A stretch of 62,466 nucleotides of DNA, counting the filler, from Rhabdomonas costata (taxonomy: Eukaryota), in assembly GCA_019059605.1 (NCBI GenBank). It is 38 parts of 38 records of this genome, joined end to end, with 100 filler letters (N's around TTAATTAATTAA, not from the genome) between each part and the next. Parts side by side here need not be neighbours in the genome. Positions count along the whole stretch, not along the records: positions 24,717 to 26,257 come from JAHMHO010013332.1; positions 26,358 to 27,903 come from JAHMHO010013333.1; positions 28,004 to 29,549 come from JAHMHO010013334.1; positions 29,650 to 31,195 come from JAHMHO010013335.1; positions 31,296 to 32,841 come from JAHMHO010013336.1; positions 32,942 to 34,489 come from JAHMHO010013337.1; positions 34,590 to 36,135 come from JAHMHO010013338.1; positions 36,236 to 37,785 come from JAHMHO010013339.1; 30 more parts are not named here. One strand, given 5' to 3'. The number at the start of each line of letters is the position of its first letter. Position 1 is the first letter of the stretch. Below the pieces are notes generated by a model, which saw only the letters and a list, made by a program, of their open reading frames with translations, had not been told where the DNA came from and did not search any database. The translations under genes and the position numbers were made by a program. This document shows, in pieces, positions 25,837-37,605 of the stretch.

Positions 25837-25971
25837 TCAAGGCAGAACGACGTCCTTCTGGAGGTGGGTGTAGTACGCAGGGAAGTCGGTGATGTCTGGG
25901 GTCTTTCCGCCCCAGCTGACCTGCAGCTGGGCCTGCCCCAGATCGGCCAGAAGCTCGGGAAGAGCAGAGCT
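25837..25971 (-). CDS. Terminal exon, possibly the end of a CRAL-TRIO/Sec14 domain
   Basis: LPELLADLGQAQLQVSWGG resembles L...I...QLP.E.GG; CAG acceptor and a stop codon. Confidence 0.45.
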   Translation of the reverse strand, partial: SSALPELLADLGQAQLQVSWGGKTPDITDFPAYYTHLQKDVVLP

Positions 25972-28031
25972 CTGGAGCCAACCCACCAGCAACCCCATAG
26001 CAAGCTTCGATCCGCACACCAGGCGCCTCCAAGAGGCAGGGGCTTGGGCGCGCCGGCACCTCACACCCAATCCGTTTTAGCAAAGAACATATGAGAGGAG
26101 GTTGACACCTATCTGACCCCAATTCAGCTCAATCGCACTATTAACCGACCCACACTCACACTGGTGGGCAACGCACTCACATCTAACATTCACAGGCCAA
26201 AGAACCCTGTTAAAGGTCTCCCCCAGCGGACATGCTCTTAGCATAAGTAAGGTAAGGNNNNNNNNNNNNNNNNNNNNNNNNNNNNNNNNNNNNNNNNNNN
26301 NTTAATTAATTAANNNNNNNNNNNNNNNNNNNNNNNNNNNNNNNNNNNNNNNNNNNNTGTTGGGTTGGGTTTTTTGATATTTTCTACTCCAACAAAAATT
26401 TATTTGCTCCAAAGAACGCTGTTTGTTCTTGCAACTGCTATATGAATTCAAAAATTCACGATGTTTACGAACTGGGCCACTCCCTAGAAATCACCCGTTA
26501 GGTAAAAAAACTGACCATTGACAAACTTAATTCCTGGCTCTTTTGTTCCTACATATTTACAGGAAAACAGAAGTCCAATCCCTAATTCACTTCAGGGTTT
26601 TAGCAGAAACTTCAACTGTTACCGCTGAAAATATGGACAAAAACACTTATTGGGACCTTGCCCCTAGCTTCACTCCTCTCGTGATGCCCTCTGCGCGTAT
26701 CTAATGCGTCGCCTAAGACCAGTGGGCTTCACAATGCGATTGAAGCGCTAAACCGAGCAGAAGGACAGAAATGACAGACTGGAGGGCGCCACAGCGTTTT
26801 GCGTCTTCGGATGTCAGCATTGGCAATCAGTTGATCAGGGCGTAGCAAGCCCTAAGGAATTTTATCAACACATGACTACAGATGCCACTGCGAGCCCATT
26901 GCCGCGGAGTGCGTAGTCTCCCAAAGCGTGTGATGTTGTGTGCGTAGATCCCGCCATGAAGTCCTGCTCAGATCGAGTCGATCGCTATCTGTTTTACGTG
27001 ATGTGCTGTCTGGCATACCGTATCATTCAGATTCATCGAATCTTCGGATGTTGGGAACATTATGGTGTTCATTCCACTGCATTCTTTTATACATTCAAAA
27101 ACTCAAAAAATACTAATACCAGGCCTTCTGGACGGAAACCAGCCCGCGCAGGCTAATGCTTAATGTTCCACTGTAATGGCTAAGGAACGTTTTGAGACTC
27201 CACATCCACCTGCTGTGGTGCTCTTTGACACACCACCGTGGACTTCGACAGCACCGCCAGTTGCGGTGTTATCACAGGATTTGCAATTCATTGCTATCTG
27301 TACATTTGGCGTAACCCCAAAAAGCATGTTGTTGTTGCAATTAGCACAGGGTGGTTGGTAAGTTTCATCTACATTTGATTAAGAAGTGCCGCATGCATTT
27401 GATTTTTCTACCAGTTGCACTTGGAGCAAAGGCGCACTTTACTGGGACTTTGTGCACCTATCTCTTTACCATGAGCGAGCAATTTCAGCTGATTTATGCA
27501 ACTCATGCAATCCAACTACCATTTTTGGCAGGACACGACATCTTGATTAACCAGCCGAAACACTATTGGAGTCATCTGGGCCACTTTGCGCGGCTGGTAT
27601 TCAGCATGCAGCAATATCGCAAGCCTCTAAGTCGTGCTCTCTGAAATACTAATTTTTCTTTGTGACATTATCACTCTGAGCGCTTTTGCAGACGACACTC
27701 ATACAAAAGAAAGCATCTCAGTCATTCAGAGAAAGAGATGAGTTCCAGTTCTTCATAGAACACCGCGCTAATAGAAACCGTTCCGTCTTAATGGTTGTTA
27801 GTATCAGTTGCTGTTGTGCTTGTGAAGTGGAAAACCACGCCTGAATCGGCTGCTACGTTCAAGTGTCCTTCCCATGTGGTCAAATGATGTGGCAAAAAAA
27901 CACNNNNNNNNNNNNNNNNNNNNNNNNNNNNNNNNNNNNNNNNNNNNTTAATTAATTAANNNNNNNNNNNNNNNNNNNNNNNNNNNNNNNNNNNNNNNNN
28001 NNNTGTGGTGGTTTCAAAGAGCGACCATTTT

Positions 28032-28060
28032 GGACTACAGGGACTACAGGGACTACAGGG
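28032..28060 (+). repeat. Short tandem repeat (GGACTACAG)x3
   Basis: Direct inspection. Confidence 0.85.
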
Positions 28061-29347
28061 ATGGTAAAAAAGTGCGCAATCGATACGACTGAGTTCAAGC
28101 TAGCTTTCCTGGAACATACCGATGCTTTCTAGATGTGCGTCTGCCCTTAGCTTTTCGGCTCCCACTCCTGACTTGGCCTGGACCCTAGAAACGAGATGGG
28201 AAGGTGTACGATAAATTCCCCCCCCCTCCATTGCTCGACGTTCCGGGGAGGGGCAGTAATTGTGCCATTTTAGGGGTTAGAGGGGGGCAATGGGGTGACT
28301 GGCCTCGCTAGAGGCAGGAATCCGGTTCAGCCCACACAAAAAAGATGCAAAGCCATAAGAGAGGGAGAGGTGGCGCAGATACAGAAAGAAAGGAACAAGT
28401 GGGCGACCAATGGTTCCGCGGCGGGACAAACTTAATTCTACACCCTTACATGTGCTTTCTTAACTACCCGCACTTCCGGGAAGAGTGTGGTGTCCAAATC
28501 CCAAGCCATTTATCAGCCGGGCACTTAGCTGAGAAGAACGTTTGGCCAACACCAGCCAATGCCCTAAAACTCCTTCAACCTCACATGCAAAGGTGTAGAT
28601 CCCCGCAGCCAAAAAGCGCAAAGCAACGCCACGGAATCATAGCAACAGTATACCATCCCCACTGAGACGGGATCGCGGGGTGTCCCGCGTGGGAAAAGTC
28701 GCGGCGCGCGCCACACAGCATTGCCAAAACTCAAGCAGGGGCACGAGCAGCGACAGGTATGTGTGATACAGTTACAAACAGCAACAGCAATACACCAATA
28801 CAGAAATCGGGCGTCGCAAGCCAAGGAGCTCAGCAGGACCCAGAGATGGCTCCTGGCTCGCTTCAGCCAAGACACCAGACCTCAGTTGGCCTTGCAGCCG
28901 CACAGGGATACAGTCTGTGCGCATGGATGCAGACTCGTATCGGAAAGGCGCAAAAACTAAACCTGGTGATTACTGTGCACGAGTGGCAGGCTAATTTGTG
29001 CGCCCCGGTATTGATGACGTTGGAGACGGACCTCACTCCGTGGGGTGTGAGCCTGTAAAAAGGAACCGTTTCGACCAAACATGCATTGATCGCTTGAATC
29101 CACACAGATGTGGATAAAACTCTGGTGTTGGTGTTGGTGATGTTGTTGGTGGTGGGCGGGCAGAGATGGGAGAGGAGGGCGCGTCGCACAAGTGAAAACA
29201 TACACACACCAATTACATTCTCTCATCTACTAAAAAGAGCAAAGCCTCGTGAGATCATACTAACAAAGAGCAAAACGAAGGGAGGGAAAGGCGATGATGC
29301 ATGATGCAGGGTGGAAGGGGCGGGGGAAGGTACGAACGTACAAAAGG

Positions 29348-29519
29348 ACCGTCCCACGGAACCGTGCAACACGGCGGCGCACATGTGCTGCGGTGGGGCG
29401 CTGCAGCGCGCAGGCTCAGAGTCGGTGTTTGCACCGTCCCACGGAACCGTGCAACACGGCGGCGCACATGTGCTGCGGTGGGGCGCTGCAGCGCGCAGGC
29501 TCAGAGTCGGTGTTTGCAC
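29348..29519 (+). repeat. 85-bp tandem duplication, two identical copies
   Basis: ACCGTCCCACGGAACC...GGTGTTTGC starts at 29348 and again at 29433. Confidence 0.95.
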
Positions 29520-29734
29520 TGCCGAAGTAAGGCGGAATACCCCCAACACNNNNNNNNNNNNNNNNNNNNNNNNNNNNNNNNNNNNNNNNNNNNTTAATTA
29601 ATTAANNNNNNNNNNNNNNNNNNNNNNNNNNNNNNNNNNNNNNNNNNNNGTTTGTTGGGGAATTTTCAGTAGCCACTCACTGTTCTCGAATTGTTTGCCT
29701 GATCTTTTAACAATGGATCTCTTTCATTTGACAG

Positions 29735-29839
29735 CCAACCCAACGTGTGGGAGCTTCAGCTGCCCTTCCGGGTATTCCGCGAAGGCCTCCAGCACCGTGT
29801 GCGCGGCTCAGTCGTGCGGCCAGACGGACTGCTGCTCAG
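29735..29839 (+). CDS. Single Cys-rich repeat exon of an extracellular protein (105 nt, phase 1-1)
   Basis: NPTCGSFSCPSGYSAKASSTVCAAQSCGQTDCCS bounded by ACAG| and |GTATGC. Confidence 0.75.
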
Positions 29840-30280
29840 GTATGCAAGGGAAGGGATTTTTTCATCTGCAACACCATGCCCTGGATAGCGTACTTTGCTT
29901 TATTAAAGAAAACGGATGTTCTTCTATTCCCTGCATTTTACTCTCTTTTTTTTTCTTCAAAATGGCATACCCAGCCGAGCACGCCCACTATTTACAAAGG
30001 GAAAGGTAGGGGGTGCAGGGAGCACGGTATTGCCCGCAAAGCACGGGCCTCCTGCCAGCCTGCTTTTGAGAAGGGGAGAAAACCCGTGCGAAGACGGTCT
30101 CTTTGTCCAGGTCCACGCGAAGGAAAAACAAGGAAGAACAGGGTGGGGGTGGAAGGGAGCTCCACTCTCCAAAGAAAGTTAAGTTTTTTTTGACAGAAAA
30201 CATAGCGCAATTGTCAGAAGGTCCTGTTGTCCTGTTCGGGTGAATAACACCCTGACCTCTCTCCTTTCCTTCTTACTTTG

Positions 30281-31109
30281 TTAGCTCTCTCTTGGGAGCA
30301 TGTCGAGCAAATCAATGGGAGGGTCGGATGCCTGTGCCTCTGCCGCGGCCTGCTGTTCGACCTCCTTCAGCCGCTGCTGCAGCTGAGGCTGCGCCGCGGA
30401 GAGCACTGCGAAGGTGCGCTGGCGCTCCTCCCGGCGCTGCTTCTCCAGTACCTTCCTCTGCCTACGACACCGGAAGAAGCACATACACTCATAATTCACC
30501 ACACTAAACAGCATTTCAAAAAAAACACACCAGCCGACAGTAAGATGTTTACAGTGCTCTCTCGGGGTTTCCCGCAAAACTTCAAGCACTTTATAACGGT
30601 GGTGCCTACTAAGCAAAGAGCCTAAAGACGCAATGAACGATTAAAAAGGCTTTACCACGAAGTAATCGCATCCCGGCATCCTTTAGAGATCAAACTGCAT
30701 CAGAGGCAAACGGTTCCAGGGAAAACGTACGGGAAAAAAGAGTATAAGATCTCGAGCTTGAATACTATGAGAAGTCAAGGACCGAAGGATATATTTAAGT
30801 TCGATATCTCTGAATTGTGTGATTGATTTCGAGTTACCACAGACGCAAGCGCGCTCAAATACAAGAAACAACAGGGGGACTTCGTTCGCGAGACAATCCT
30901 GAACCGCAAGCTGAAAGTGTGGCGAAAGTGCTACACCTGATCGGTTCGGTACGACTTCAAACCTGGCAGGAAGAGGAGGGGGAGAGGAGCAGAAGCGGGC
31001 GAAACCTTGCAGCCTGGGACTTGCTTGTCTTTGGCTTTGACTCGTTCTCCAGGGTCTTTTTCCCCTGGGACCACAATCTTCGGGCCTCGATGCCTCGCTT
31101 TCGAGTCAT
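30281..31109 (-). CDS. Small basic helical protein, 94 aa if the ATG at 31109 is the start; exons 31006-31109 and 30281-30461
   Basis: Phase-2 GT-AG join gives MTRKRGIEARRLWSQGKK...AAR/QRKVLEKQRREERQR...LPRES*; a pyrimidine-rich CAG lies 6 nt before the ATG. Confidence 0.6.
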
Positions 31110-32514
31110 TCTTGGCTGAAGGGAGGGAGCCCCACACACCCGATCACAACCCAAGACACCACACAGGTGCACAAACCACCCAAACACACCCACACNNNNN
31201 NNNNNNNNNNNNNNNNNNNNNNNNNNNNNNNNNNNNNNNTTAATTAATTAANNNNNNNNNNNNNNNNNNNNNNNNNNNNNNNNNNNNNNNNNNNNTGTGT
31301 GTTGGGGTTTTCGGATTCAACGGACAAAACCTCGCCCGTTCCCGTTTCCCCGATGATAAGATGGAATCTCACGAAGAGTTTCGAAATTAGCGAACTTCCA
31401 CCAGTAATGACCCCATAGCTCAATTTTACCCCGTCCTTTTTCGACTGTTGAGCTCAAATCCTTGGTGGCAACATGTTCCATCCGGACCTGCGCCTTGTTG
31501 GCCCGTATATTGACGAGGGTGAAAAGTGAGCTCAGAGTTTCAGAATTACAGGCCCCTTTCCATTTCGAGTTTGACAAAGAAATATTAAACATTGAATTTT
31601 TTCGAAAATTTGTTGAAATATTTTGGAATTTTTGTGAAACAATCGATATTTCTTGAGATTATTCGAGTTTTGTTAGATTCGGCTTTGGCGAATCGGATGT
31701 CCCTGGCCCTGGCCCTGCTCCTGCTCAGCACCCCAGAGGTTTATTGCTGGTTCAGGTTCATCATGTCCTTAAAGAAGGAAGGAGAGCACCGGTGGAATGA
31801 GCAGGATCCGTCGGGACATGAGCCCTTGTGAGTTTGGTGGCTCCCAAGGCGTTTCTGCAATTTCTGGAGGAAATTTTTCGCTCAATGTGCTGCCTCATCC
31901 CCAGACAGGCAGCCGCCCTGCAGTTCGTCAGAGCACCTCGTCCGAGCAAGCATGCTTTACTTATCTACTCACCGCAAGGTATTTGCTTGTTCGTTTTGGC
32001 GCATGCCACCTCTCGTTGATTCCAGCACATGCAGGTGATATAACATGCATGGATTCAACGCGGACCATTTCGGCCTTCGATTACACGCGTTTGTGGCCTG
32101 CGGCTTTGGACGCGGGTTCTGGGTACTGCTGTGGTATGATGATTTTGGACATATGGTGTTCCCCCACGGTCATCACGGTTTGGTAAACTTTGCCATCATA
32201 GACGTTGCCTCGATACGTCGCCCCACTCCCAACCAACCAAGGAAATCGCACAACCCAGAATATTTTCCTAATCTGTTCTGACATTCACCAGTCTGCTATG
32301 GTGTGGTCCTGCGAAGGCATGTATAGTGTTTCCATGACTCGTTTTGCGCTCTTTCAGGTACTACATCGTTGTCACGTGCATTTTTGTTTTCTTCCCTTCC
32401 TGGCACCATCTGTGTGCCATTTCATTTTGCCGTTTCAGTTCTTATCTGTCCTCAAAGCCCATTCCTCGTGCCTCTTTGAGGTTTGCCGCAATTTTGTTTC
32501 GCCACCCTAATGCA

Positions 32515-32841
32515 GCCTCCAAGCCGGCACAGCACACCAGATCCAAAGCCCCCTGAGGGGATGAAGTCACCAGAAGAGGATGAATATTCTGACGACTTCA
32601 TCGAGGAGGAGCCGGAAATTCTGTCCGAGTCGGTTCCCGAAGGCAGTGTGAGAACTGCTTCGGAGCCCGCGGAGCGAGCGCGAGAGACTGACACGGATGC
32701 AGGAACGGAGAGGGACGCGAATGAGGACGAGCTTGAAGCGACTCTTCCCATTGCCAACGGCTCGTCGAACGAGGAGGTCGCCTCTGTGTTTGAGAGCTCC
32801 CACCTGAAACCTCCCGAGGCGTCCATCAGTCCCCCAACAAC
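32515..32841 (+). CDS. Acidic low-complexity protein fragment
   Basis: Open frame to the contig end rich in E/D/S (EEDEYSDDFIEEE), preceded by a CAG. Confidence 0.5.
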
Positions 32842-33479
32842 NNNNNNNNNNNNNNNNNNNNNNNNNNNNNNNNNNNNNNNNNNNNTTAATTAATTAANNN
32901 NNNNNNNNNNNNNNNNNNNNNNNNNNNNNNNNNNNNNNNNNCCTCCTGGACGTCAATGTTCTAAAAGGTCCCATAGAGTCATCCTTGGCCTGCAATATAT
33001 CGCGTCTTTGAGCTGCCGAACGCACAGCTCGATCGTTTTACTAACTTTCTTATGGGGGCCCAACGCCGCTGAGCTGGCGCGATTCTGATGGGATCTGCAG
33101 TTCTGCAGTTAGCAGTTCTACGTCGAAGGCGACTTTTCAATTTTGCCTGACAAGTATCATGCGCATTTATGGAGGAACGGTCCAAGAGCTGTGAGTTTAT
33201 CCTGACCCATGAGTGTCGCATGTCGCTTCGTTTGAGTTTGTGTCTCTGTGCTGGGGTGTGGGGTATCGGTTTCTAAACCAGCTGGATTTTTGAGATAAGG
33301 AGGCTCTGCATCCCGCCTCCTGAGTACCCGAATATGTGAACAACGTCCCCGCCTCAGCCGACCGCTCGGCCATCACGGCGGCTGTCGCAGCCCCGAGGTC
33401 TATAGTTGTTTTTTCGTGTCCCACACTTGATTTTCACATTTTCTCCTAACTCAACAGGAATTCTCCACTACACTCCAGT

Positions 33480-34489
33480 ATGCCGAAACGAGCGATGCTT
33501 CCTCTCCTTCTGACTTTCTTTACTCTGGTCACCCAGAGTTGGGGACAGTCCTTGTCCTGCCCGGTGTGCGGCACAGCGGTCAATGCCACCTATACCTTCG
33601 CCGTGCGCTCGGCCAGCTCAACCTCCGCCGCCCAACAGAACGTCTACGCCTGCAGCGTGTTCCATGCCCAACGGTTCCGAGCCCACCCCATGGACTACCA
33701 AGACCCCTCTGTGAGCTACACCGCCACCCCGGTGGGCACCACTCTGACCTCACTGTCTCCGATGCAGTGCCCGTTCTGCACCGATACTGCGGTTTCGGAG
33801 CACTACGTGCTGCTGAGCAATGGTCAGAAGGTCCACAGCTGCTCCATGGACGACCACCACAAGAAGCTTTTCAACGAGACGGCGCTATCGGCGGCGCTGA
33901 GCGCGGCCAGCGGGACGCAGCCCTTGCTTTGCCCGGTGTGCAAGATGACAGTGACGACGACGGGCCCGTATGCGATGTTGAACTCCAGCAAGGGGGTCCC
34001 TCAGCAGGTTTTCACGTGCAGCACGGAGCACGCGCAGCTGGTGGCGGCATCTCCCTTGAGCTACAAGGACAGCAGGTGTTGTGTTGTCATTGCTGGTTTC
34101 TCGTGACGATAGCTCTTAGCGAGAAGTGGTAATGTGCCTTTATACGCTTTCTTTGCATTGATTCGCCACCGCGTTTCCGATGGAGAGGAGAGGGTCTGGT
34201 TGGGTGGAGTTTGAGTACCCCCCAGTTCTTTCGTGGCTCAAATGATTCACTGTGACCGCGCATCTTTGCTCCCGTGCATCGTTTGTGCCTTTTCCATTCT
34301 GATTTTCGGGCGCTCGGCACAGCCGACTGGTTTCTTCATAAGCCTTTTCGTGTGATTTTTCGCAGCGTGATGGTCCACAACACTTCCAGCCTCACCAACG
34401 CCATGTTCACGTACATCAGCCCCACCACACTGTGCCCGTTTTGTCGGATGTTTGCGGTGGAGCAGCACGCGCTGTACTTCCGCGGGGGC
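33480..34489 (+). CDS. Secreted or surface protein with repeated YHS/TRASH-like CPxC...CSxxH modules; exons 33480-34075 and 34366 to contig end
   Basis: Signal peptide, then CPVCG..VYACSVFHAQRF...P.DY, CPFC..VHSCSMDDHH, CPVCKM..VFTCSTEHA...P..Y and a fourth CPFCRM; phase-2 GT-AG join. Confidence 0.8.
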
Positions 34490-34614
34490 NNNNNNNNNNN
34501 NNNNNNNNNNNNNNNNNNNNNNNNNNNNNNNNNTTAATTAATTAANNNNNNNNNNNNNNNNNNNNNNNNNNNNNNNNNNNNNNNNNNNNCCATTTCGTCG
34601 TCTCTTTTGTGAGC

Positions 34615-35558
34615 TCATGAAGGGGTGGTGGGTGGCATTGCCAGCCTGGGCACAGCCTGGTGCTTTACCACGTAGCGATCGATCAGCTCTTTGGCGTCGT
34701 CCTCCGTCTTCTGCGTTTTTTTTGGGAATCGAGTGTGGTTGTGCGTGTGTGCTGGTGTGTGAGGGGACAAAGCAGGTAAGTGACTTTGTTGATTGGGGCG
34801 GTTCTCAGAACGTCGAAAATAACCATTGCAATTGAGGGATGGGCGGATGCACGTAGACAACCATTTCTGCTGGAGGAGGGCTGTAAGGCAGGAGTGTGTG
34901 CGTGTGCGTGTGTAAGTGAGGTTGAAAGGGGTGAAGGGATCTGAGCAGCTGACTGATCTCATACGCTACTGGGTGACTTGCGTTTAGATCCCCGCGGAGT
35001 GGGTTCATAAGCAGGGCACCACCTCAGCTTGCCTTGGATGCTTTTCGCCTTTGCAGCTGTGGAGCCTGAGGTAGGACCCTTCTGATCTGAGATCGGAGGA
35101 TGAATTCGGGTTCTGAAGGCTCCAAGATTAGAACACTGAAGGGGTAAGAAGGGGGCAGGAAAGAGGTGGGGTGACAGAGAAAGAGAGGAAGATAGAAAGG
35201 CAGGGGAGGATGTGAGGAGAACCAGGATGAACCACTCGCCCTTGGGGTAGACCACCACCGCGGGACCCTCCTTGCACCGCCCCAAGCACTGGCACTGGGT
35301 GACCTTGACGTCCCGGCCGATCTCCCCGGCCTTCTGGCGGGCATCGAAGTGGGCCCAGAACTTCTTCGCCAGGTCCGCGCCGCCCTTTGCGGCGCAGCAG
35401 TTTTGCGGGTCCCACTTCTTGTCCTGCGTGCACAGGAAGATGTGCTTCTCATACAAGGGAAACCCCGGCACTCCCAGCCCCCCTGCCGCATAGCCTCGCC
35501 GCAGCACGCCGTAGCCCCGAGGGGCGATCACCAGCAGCCGAGCCAGAGAGATCTTCAT
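34615..35558 (-). CDS. Thioredoxin-like [2Fe-2S] ferredoxin with N-terminal targeting-like peptide; first exon 35558 to about 35235, last exon 34710-34615, middle junction unresolved
   Basis: KHIFLCT...CC..KG...QCLGRCKEGPAVVVYP.G.W and EDDAKELI.....AVPRL match the bacterial TRX-Fd family; the N-terminus is Arg-rich and lacks acidic residues. Confidence 0.88.
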
Positions 35559-36874
35559 CTCCAAAGGGATAAAAGGAAGTCTCTCAGATGGGCACACTCA
35601 AAAAGAGGGGGGGAGGTAACGACACCTGCAGAGAACAAAAAGCGCGCGCCGCAGCTGACGGCAGCCCGATCGCTTTATCGAGTAAACCACGGGATGCCGG
35701 GCTAACTAATGCAATTTTACGCGCAGTATCTCAGAAGAGAACGTCCACAGGATTTGTCGGAAATGGAATGGGATTCAAATGGAACGAAACGGGTTTCCCA
35801 GGAATAACTCCGGAGAAGTCCAGGAGTTTATCCCGGGCAAGCCGTCCATATGACGAGCGGGCAGTATGTCAAGTCAACTTTGATGGAGCGCAAGAAAGGT
35901 GACCGCAAAATTGCCGTCTAACTCGCTTTGAATGCATCTAAACTGTGAACCTTCGGAATTCTCCTTACGATATGCGATTTTATTTCGCCAAAGTCTTTTC
36001 AAACGCAACGACGGCATGCTCCAGCCGTCAACATTTTGCCACGCTTTGGCGGAGGTTTTTCGGGAGGAAATTAACAAAACCTGAGCGCGAAAGAAACCGA
36101 ACGAAACGCCAGAACAAAACGCCGACCACAACCCCNNNNNNNNNNNNNNNNNNNNNNNNNNNNNNNNNNNNNNNNNNNNTTAATTAATTAANNNNNNNNN
36201 NNNNNNNNNNNNNNNNNNNNNNNNNNNNNNNNNNNGGAGGGGGGCGGTCGCTGTATACGGATGGTTGAGGGACGTCGAGGTTGACCGCCACGGATTTATA
36301 AATTGGGGCTGGGATTCACATAAGGGCCTGTTCTCAAGCATGCCAATTTTCAAAACTTGTGGGGTGACATTCCGGATTGTGTATTACCAGTTTCTCTGAT
36401 GAGGACCCCTCCCGGATTCAATGAAAATGTTTGCCGCTGAAAGACGCACCTTTTTCTTGCCCTTGTTCCATTCTCAGGTCTTCTGGCTGGATCCCCACAG
36501 CCTTCTTCTCTCGGACCCGTCAGACCTCTTCGATCTTGTGGTGTGGTTTCTTTAGCATTAGTGGGGATTTTTCTGCTCTCTCGCTTAAATGCAATTTCGA
36601 CTGCTTTTGGTGTGGACATTCACTTTTACCATTTGCACTTCCTTCTCACGTTCTGTGGAAAATAACGTTTCTCAAGACTCCCACCAGTTTGGTCGTTGGC
36701 ACTAGTCAGCGTAGCATATCCGTACCCCCAGACAACTTCACCAGCTCAGCCGCCCGCTACTCCGCCTCAGTCGCCTCCCTGACTGAAAATACCCTAACAT
36801 TGCACCAGTGCACCGCTTCCCCACAACACATTGCAACACATGTGACACCACCCACATTGTTTTCTATTGTGGTG

Positions 36875-37605
36875 ATGCTGGTGCTTCGCCATGGTGTCGG
36901 TACGGTGTGTTCTCTGGCCCGTGTTCAGGGTTCAGAGCACTCTGGGCTTGTGGCATGGCCCGGTGTCCGAGCCCTGCACGCCCCAGACCCTGCGGAGCTG
37001 GAGCGGGCCCGGCTAGGGCTCACCCTGGCCGAGCTCCGGGCTTCCTTCCCGCGGCACAACCTGACCTCCATCCGGGTCATGGACGACGGCGTGATGGTGG
37101 TCAGCAAGCCTGGGGTCTGGGATGCCCTAATGTTGGTGCGAGGCCGCTCTCCTCTCTGCTCCAGTCCTACTCGCGCCACAATTACTCACTCACATGGCGC
37201 CTTGGCTCGGTGTGCTGCGGCGTGTCCTTGTTCTTCTGCTTGTTCTGCACACCTGTTTTGACGCGTTGTCGGTGTCGGTACTGCTGCCCGTGCTGAACAC
37301 CATGTCCAGCGTGGGGAGGATGATGTGCGCCGTGCCCATCCACACGCACACGTACAAACACACACACATGGCGCTTTGGCGCGGTGTGCTGTGGCGTGCC
37401 CTTGTGCTGCTTGTTCTGCACACCTGTTGGTTTTTTGGCGCGTTCACGGTGCTGCTGTTCGTGCTGGACGACACGACGGGCATTGGGGTGAGAGTGTACA
37501 CACACACACAAACACAAACACAAACACAAACACAAACACACAGCTGCTGCAGCTGCGCGACAATTGCCCGGGACCCGTGGGGCTGAAGATGTGGAACGTT
37601 CGGCG
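36875..37605 (+). CDS. Possible RluA-family pseudouridine synthase-like 5' fragment; exons ..37135 and 37544-37605
   Basis: DDGVMVVSKPG resembles RluA motif I (V..KP.G); the next exon ends MWNVRR| where the xHRLD motif would fall. The catalytic Asp is not in the contig. Confidence 0.45.
37191..37541 (+). repeat. Intronic diverged direct repeat (period about 174 bp) plus (ACACAA)n tract
   Basis: CACATGGCGC.TTGGC.CGGTGTGCTG.GGCGTG...CTTGTTCTGCACACCTGTT at 37191 and about 37365. Confidence 0.85.
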
